In this document: piece after piece, positions 56,529 through 64,000 of the stretch | Position numbering within the stretch: position 1 is the stretch's first letter | How the letters are laid out: every line of letters starts with the position of its first letter | Source: the human T2T-CHM13v2.0 reference genome, Homo sapiens | DNA: 64,000 bases | NCBI RefSeq assembly: GCF_009914755.1 | Contig: NC_060947.1 | Strand: one strand, 5' to 3' | The notes under the pieces: model-generated | What the model was told of the DNA's origin: nothing | The model's database searches: none | Seen by the model: the letters and a program-made list of their open reading frames with translations, nothing else | Program-made: the position numbers and the translations under genes

Positions 56529-57008
56529 TGAGAGAAGAGAGACAGAACGTCTCATATTGTTTTATACTGTTTTATACTCAGAAAAAGAAAGAGAAGCGAA
56601 ACTAAAGGCAGGTAGCCTGGCGCCTAGGAACCAGACCTGAAACTAGGCCTGGGCCTGCCTGACCTAAGCCTGGTAGTTAAAGATCAACCCCTGACCTAAC
56701 CGGTTATGTTATCTATAGATTCCAGACATTGTATAAAAAGGCATTGTAAAAATCCCTGTCCTGTTCTGTTTCGTTCTGATTACCGCTGCATGCAGTCCCC
56801 AGTCACGTACCCCCTGCTTGCTCAAATCGATCATGACCCTCTCACGCAGACCCCCTTAGAGTTGTGAGCCCTTAAAAGGGACAGAAATTGCTCACTCAGG
56901 GAGCTCGGCTCTTGAGACAGGAGTCTTGCCGATGCTCCTGGCCGAATAAACCACTTCCTTCTTTAACTCGGTGTCTGAGGAGTTTTGTCTGCGGCTTGTC
57001 CTGGTACA
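56529..57008 (+). mobile_element. Solo ERV1 LTR, LTR2B (HERV-E/Harlequin group)
   Basis: TG...CA ends, 480 nt, 4-bp TSD acga/acaa, AATAAA near 56945; matches the LTR2B consensus as I recall it. Confidence 0.88.
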
Positions 57009-58082
57009 ACAAGAGAAATGAAAATTACAGTGGTATTCCTGTACAACAGTGCCTGACAGTGCTCAGTACACAGAAGGACCCTGTATCATTCCGGCTATTT
57101 TCTCATACCTAGAATTGTAGCATTTACATACTATATTATACTATAGTATATATTACATACTATATTATAATAATGTTTACATGTGTCCTCGCACTAGAAT
57201 CTGGCTCTCTCAGAATACTGTTTGTTTTCACAGCATGTGACGTAGTGCCTGGCACACAGCTGGTCCTCTCAAAGAATGGGGGCTATGAGGACCCCAAGAA
57301 CAAATCTCTCCAGAATTTGACAGTTTAGGGAGGGATGTACCTAATTTTTAAATTACAATGAGATATTTTTATCTGTCAGATTGTCAACAATTAAAAAAAT
57401 TGATAATGTCAGCAAGGGTGTAGGGAAAGAGAGCCTCACATACTTTCTAAGTAGAGTATAAATTGATAAATAAATTTGTACAGCCTCTGTGGGAAGCAAC
57501 TTGACAACTGTCTATCAAAAATTTAAATGTCTGTGCCTTTTGACTCAGTATTTCTACTCCTAGGAATTTAAACTACAAATATACACGTGCAAAACAGCAT
57601 ATGTACAAGATTAATCGTTATGCCATTGCTTAAATTAGCAAAAGACTGAAAGAACATAAATGTGTATCAGTAGAGAGCAGCTGATGAATGGCCATAAATC
57701 AATCCCATGCAACTCTCTCCAAGACTGAAGTCAGTCTGTATGTACCAAGAAAGACAATCACCAAGACATGTTGCTAGGTTAAAAAAAAAAAAAAAAAGCC
57801 TAACGTATGCTAGCATTTGTGTACATTTGTATGTACGCCTCTGTGTGTAATACAGAAGCCACACACAATAAACTGATAACTGAGGCTGCCTCCAGGGAGG
57901 GGAACCAGGTGGCCGAGGGACAGAGAAAGCATATATTTTGTCCCTTTTAGCTGGCACCATATGCCTGTGTTAGCTATTCAAAATTTTAATTAACTTAAAC
58001 ATTGAGTAATTGAAATATGTTTACTATTTCCTGATCGTTAAATTATTGACTGCTTTTTTTTTTTTTTTTTTTTGCAAACAAG

Positions 58083-58717
58083 TGTGAACGGAAAATAAAT
58101 CCTGGGGTCCCAAAATCACTAAGCTAAAGGAAAAAGTCAAGCTGGGAACTGGGTCACGCAAACCTGCCTCCCCTTTTGGTTCCTGAATACAATGGCTACA
58201 AGATGAAAAACTACATGCCTACCCCATATTTTACCCACAAGGAAATTCCTAGTGAGCTCCAAGGTCTTTACCCTAAGGTGTTTCTCTTAAGATTTCACCA
58301 TGGCAATGTAAATTGATAGCTTATCTTTACAGGTGCAGTTGTCCCCTGCTCACCAGACACAAATGCATATCTGACTGTTCTCCTGCCCCATTTTGTCTAT
58401 GTTATCTTATGTAAAAACACAGATTCCCTGCATTTTTCCTCTGCCCCATTTGTCTATATTATCTTATGTCAAAAAAAAAAAAAAAAGCAGATTCACCGAG
58501 CCAGACAAAGACATGAATAACTATTTTTCCCTACCCGCCTCTTATGTGAAAATTGTATACTTCTCAATATCCCACCCTTTCGCCTTTAAATTTGGAGCCC
58601 TCAAAATCATCTTCAGAGAAAGGCATAGCACCTGTCTCCCGGGCGTGCGTCCTTAACTTTGGCAAATAAACTTCCTAAAATGATTGAGACTTGTCTCATC
58701 ATTTTTCTTGATTGACA
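58083..58717 (+). mobile_element. Solo ERV1 LTR, MER4A
   Basis: TG...CA ends, 635 nt, exact 4-bp TSD caag; start tgtgaacggaaaataaatcctggggtcccaaaatcactaagc is MER4-typical. Confidence 0.88.
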
Positions 58718-58950
58718 CAAGGAAGAAGTTGACACTGCCCCCCAATAAGAGTTTAGCTATATAATTTCCACTACTGATTTTAAAGATCCAACAGTGTATG
58801 CTAACATACACAAAAGATTTACAGAAAGCTCTCCAGTCCATACGTTTCATTAAGCAGGGGAGACAGGAAAGCTAAGATGTGGGGAAAATCAGGCAAAACC
58901 CAATAATCAATGTTTTTTTTTCAGTCATGTGATATAAAGTTCAAGATTCA

Positions 58951-59331
<381 letters not shown>

Positions 59332-60917
59332 TTAAATCTTATTGATGATAGTTTTATCATGGGTAGGATCCAGCTTTCTTTGGTGCCCAGAGTACAAGTA
59401 AAAAGAGCTAAACAGTTTGGCTAATTATGCTCCAAAAGGTTAATTACACGATCTCAAATTGAGTCCCCTGAGGGATGGGCATTTTTCCCATCAAAGTCTC
59501 CTCTGGAAAAATTTTAAAATGTTTCTCACTACATCATACCTAGTCCATGAAACAGTACCCCCAACACAGGAACTGTTAAATCACGTGCTAGATAAAAAGC
59601 TTGCTCTTGGAGGAGAAAAAAAGAGGAAGCAACATCCAAGGTCCAAGGGCCGTTTCTGCTGTCTTTTTAACAGCTTTGATGATGAGTAAGAGCCTGTCAC
59701 ACACCCCTGGGCTATAAGCATGGGTCCTTATGTCTAGCCCCAAGAGTCAGGAATAGGCCTCATTCAGTCTTTCACTCCCAGGCATTCAATGAATGTTAGC
59801 CATTATCATTAGTTCTATCATTCTTTTAACGGTGTGCCAACATAAATGAAAGCATTTATAGTCACAATTGCTTCCAAGACTAATAGTCTAACAGAAAAAA
59901 ATTTAAGTGCACTAGGATATTTTAAATAGAAAAAGAAACAGAATTGCATCTTCATTTCCCTATGTCTTATGGAATTAGCTCGCCATTATGAAGAATATAC
60001 CATGAACAAGGTACTTTTCTAAGGCTTTACATGGGATAACACATTTAATGCTCACAACCACATTAAGAGATAGGGGCCATTATTATTTGTATTTGACAGA
60101 TAGGGGAAAGTAGGTCCCAAGAGGGGATGAAAACACAGGCAAGAAGGGGCTGGGTGAGGAATGACCCCGTGTGGTCCTATGGCCATGTCCCCATTCCTTC
60201 ACTCCCTAAGACCGTTCTTGCTCTGAAAGGCCAGCCTCCAGAAACTGCCATTTAAAACAGGAGGGACAAGGAAAATGACTTTAGTATAAACTTTTGGCAG
60301 TGACCAGCACGAGGGCCAACGATTTCAAAGCCAAGCCCAAGTCAAGAAAATCTTGACTTTTTAACGAACAAAAAAGCACCTGTTTACTGGTTGTTGAAAG
60401 AATGTTTATACACATTTATATCCAGGATAACTCGATTGTCAAGAATAAATTATTCCAAGCCCGTGACAAAACAATGCCATTTCATGCTCATTTCCTGATT
60501 AAAGCTTTTAGACAGCTGGGCATTTTCATTTCTTAGAGCTGTAGGGAGCTATGCAAATTTCCACGCAGCAACTCCAAGATCATTAATCTACGGAAGGCAT
60601 GTGCTAATAGAATATTGGATTTTACATTGTTTCAGTGGAGAAGAGGAGGGGTGGGTTAATCTAATTACCCTATGTGTGGTCACCTGACTGTGGTTAACAA
60701 AAAGATCAAATGCTAAACTGTACAATCAGCAGCAAATTCCTAAGTAATGAAGCATTTCACATCACAAAAGGAATGGGAGGAGGGGGGTGACATTCTTACA
60801 TTGCTTAAAACCAAATACTGTAGCAATAAAAATAATCACACCAAGTTTACACAAATCATAGGCAGGGCATTTTAATTACCATAAGGAGCTAGGACCATAA
60901 CTATAAATCAGTCTCGG

Positions 60918-60997
<80 letters not shown>

Positions 60998-61015
60998 ACA
61001 CACACACACACACAC
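60918..61015. repeat. Compound (CT)n-(CA)n microsatellite
   Basis: About 79 nt of pure pyrimidine CT run, then a CA run. Confidence 0.97.
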
Positions 61016-61017
61016 TT

Positions 61018-61385
<368 letters not shown>

Positions 61386-62043
61386 CTATCTAGAGCTGAA
61401 GTTGTCAGGAACCAGACACAAGTGGGCACCGAGAATTGGACTCACCCTGTAACCATGGTTACATGCATCTGGCATGTGTCACTTGGGGCATGGTACTGTT
61501 ATTCCTTCTTCCAGTAAGGAGCAGCTAGATTAGGAAAGGCATCAGCCTGGCCCAAGCAGCTGACACTTCAATTCCTGGTTCTGATACCACTGAGAGCGTA
61601 ACCTTGGTGCCTCAGTTTTGTTAGTTTATCAAACCATTCTGAAGATTAAATAAGATCTTGTGAATAATGGCACAGCCTCTGGGTCCCAGGATTCTCTGGC
61701 TCCATCAGTAGGAGGGAGAACCCCACCTGCCAACAGACATGGGCCAGGGGCTAAGAAGGGATGGTTGAATGCTAAAAGGAAAAACTTTTTAGTATGCAAC
61801 TCCTAGTGTGGTTGGTTTTGAAGAAGTTTCAAAAAATTTACTTGAAGCCGTGCACTGGCTCCCTCAGAAGGCTACTGGAGGGTGCATTCCATCAAGTCAA
61901 ATGAGTAAAACAAGAAAGAGAAGGACGCAAGATCCAGGACAGTCAATGAGAGAGAGGAGGCGGCGGAGGTGTGATGGGAATTTCCTGGCTGACAGCTGGG
62001 CAGCAGAGTGGAACAGGAGGTTGGAAGGCTCTGGTGTTTTTCC

Positions 62044-62343
62044 AGGAGAGGGAGAAGGAGAGAGGTAGAGAGGGGGGAGGGGAGGGGGGAGAAGAAAACA
62101 AGGAGGAGGGAGGGGGGGAAGAGAGAGAGGGAGGGAGAGGGAGATGGTGGTGAGAGAGGGAGGGAGAGAGAGAGAGAAGAGAGGAAGTAGGGGAGAGAGA
62201 AAGAGAGAGAGGGAGGGACGAAGAGGAAGGAAGGACAGAGAGAGAGAGGGATAGAGAGAGAAGGGAGAGAGTGGGGAGGGAGGGGGGAGAGAGAGGGAGA
62301 GAGGGAGATGGGGAGAGAGGGAGGAAAGGAGGGAGAGAGAGAA
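62044..62343. repeat. GA-rich low-complexity polypurine tract (about 300 nt)
   Basis: Nearly all purine on the + strand. Confidence 0.95.
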
Positions 62344-62956
62344 ATAAAGCTATATACGTAAGTTAATTATAGTATATTCTTGCTTCAATATTCAATATCA
62401 ACATTGCTACATTAATGAAAACATTAAGTATAGATTAAAGCAAAACCTGAGATATGTGCATATAGAGAAAAGCTGAAGTCCTCAACTACCATGATAGTTA
62501 AGAGATCATATCTAGAATCGACAAACCAAGAGAGCAGCAATGAATATTATTCAGAAGCACAGCAGCAAATAGTAGAAGCAACAGCTAGAACTGAAGAACG
62601 ACTGCCTCCTAGAATATAAGGACACAAAGAGAAGGGACAAGAGGCTGCTGGGTACTCACACATCTTTTAGCAGCATATGACTTTCAAAACTGTGTGTGGG
62701 TAACCACTCAAAAATTAATAATTAAAGGTATACATGTTCATTCCAAAAAATACATAACAAGAGGACACAAATGGACTCTTACTATGTGTGCTATACTGCA
62801 ACTTGCTTTCTTCAACTTAACAATGCATCTTAGACAACTTCTCCATCAGAGCTTTGCCCCTCTTCCTCATAGCTGCACAGAATCCAACTGTAGGATAGAC
62901 CAGTATCAAAAGGGACAGTCTGGTTGTGTCTGAAAGTAGATTTTGGAACACGGAAG

Positions 62957-63646
62957 TGAAACTGCCTTTGCGAAAATTAAAACTGAGGAAATTATGACAA
63001 TGAAAGAGATCAGACCTAACCGACTCCATCTTGCTTCTAACCTTTAAGCTGTCCCTGTTCGTTCCTGGGCGTAGGCCGAACTAACCTTGGAAAAGAATTT
63101 AGTTTACGGTTTGACTGTAAAACAAAATTGATAATAGCCCTTTCCAGAAAAGACCCTCTTCTTGCCTGGGGACCAGTATGCCTTTGGAGGGCTAAGAAAT
63201 TAGCTGCAAGATTAGAAATTACAGTTTAGGGGTCATGCAGCTCCTGGCAAGAGTCTGAACCTCCCCAAATTGCTCCTGGGGATAACATCACTACTGTAAA
63301 ACCTAAGATCAGTGCTTGAGGTATTTTGCAGACCCTCTACTAGATCAGCTGACACCATCCAGACTGGTAAACTGGCTCAACCAGTTGTGCGATCCCACCC
63401 AGGAACATAAGATAGCAAGGAAACCTAACTTTGACCCCCACTATGATTCCATCTCCAACCTGACCTGAATCAGCACTACCCACTTCCCAAGCCCTACCTG
63501 CCAAATTATCTTTAAAAATTCCAATTCCTTGAGTAATAATAAAACTCTGGTCTCCCACACAGCCAGCTCTGCAGGAATTACTCTTTCTCCACTGCAATTC
63601 CCCTGTCTTGATAAATCGGCTCTGTCTAGGCAGCAGGCAAGGTGAA
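62957..63646 (+). mobile_element. ERV1 LTR, LTR8
   Basis: Starts tgaaactgcctttgcgaaaatt...tgaaagagatcagacctaaccgactccatcttgc; has AATAAA; the canonical 3' terminus is not recognisable. Confidence 0.85.
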
Positions 63647-64000
63647 TCAGGTGAGCTGCGTTATTTGTCACCATACCACAGATGAAGGCACAACAGTTGT
63701 CCTCATTGGCTCTTCTGAAATGCTCATGGAAAAAAGATTTGTGGCACAGCAAACTTTGGCTGTTTCTGAGATCTGGCAAAATCTCCCTTGCCATTTAGAC
63801 CACTGGAAACCTGCGAGTGGAGATTGGTATCTGGGATATACCTTTTATATATACCTCATACGCTCCTGCCTGAGGCAATCTCCTTTCTAAATTTCTGTAT
63901 CCTTGGCTGGTTAAACGGGTAACTTATTTGAATCTTGCTGGGTAGGAGATAGTTCTCTTCTCACAGAACTATAACCCACATGAAACCACCCAGTTGTCTC

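Larger units (their letters stand above)
55830..57990 (+). mobile_element. Fragmented L1ME relic interrupted by an Alu, LTR2B and L2-like sequence
   Basis: L1 ORF2/3' motifs continue colinearly across the insertions (...gcattcac | aagagaaatg...; aaattacaatgagatattt...). Confidence 0.6.

Noticed and set aside
58380-58470. Internal direct repeat ctgccccatt(t)tgtctat.ttatcttatgt
   Set aside because: It lies inside the MER4A LTR and is probably part of the family consensus.
61808-62190. Plus-strand ORF with MRERRRRRC resembling exon 4 GERRRRRC
   Set aside because: It is on the wrong strand, uses different codons and arises from GA-rich low-complexity DNA.

Overview
This window is primate (very probably human) genomic DNA, not prokaryotic. 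It lies inside SH3KBP1 (CIN85/Ruk, an X-linked SH3 adaptor), which is transcribed on the minus strand. Only two coding exons are present: 47226-47349 (124 nt, EIKKEMKK...RTNKR) and 7788-7891 (104 nt, [35 protein letters not shown], first half of SH3B). A 39,334-nt phase-1 GT-AG intron joins them. The rest is intron: about 23 Alu copies or fragments, L1/L2/MIR relics, DNA transposons (MER44, MER8, Tigger4a, MER58A, Charlie4a, MER5A, MER96B), three ERV1 LTRs (LTR2B, MER4A, LTR8) and microsatellites. Almost all ORFs in the track are spurious. I found no convincing new biological system. The best leads are candidate alternative exons that would frameshift the SH3A-containing frame but supply a new in-frame ATG (SH3A-less isoforms), a possible stop-free exon 3+4 circle, IRF/ETS motifs, an LTR2B with a PU.1-type site, and several small template-switch or non-B DNA structures. 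Gene and repeat-family names come from my recall of consensus sequences, not from a database search, and repeat boundaries are approximate unless TSDs are given.
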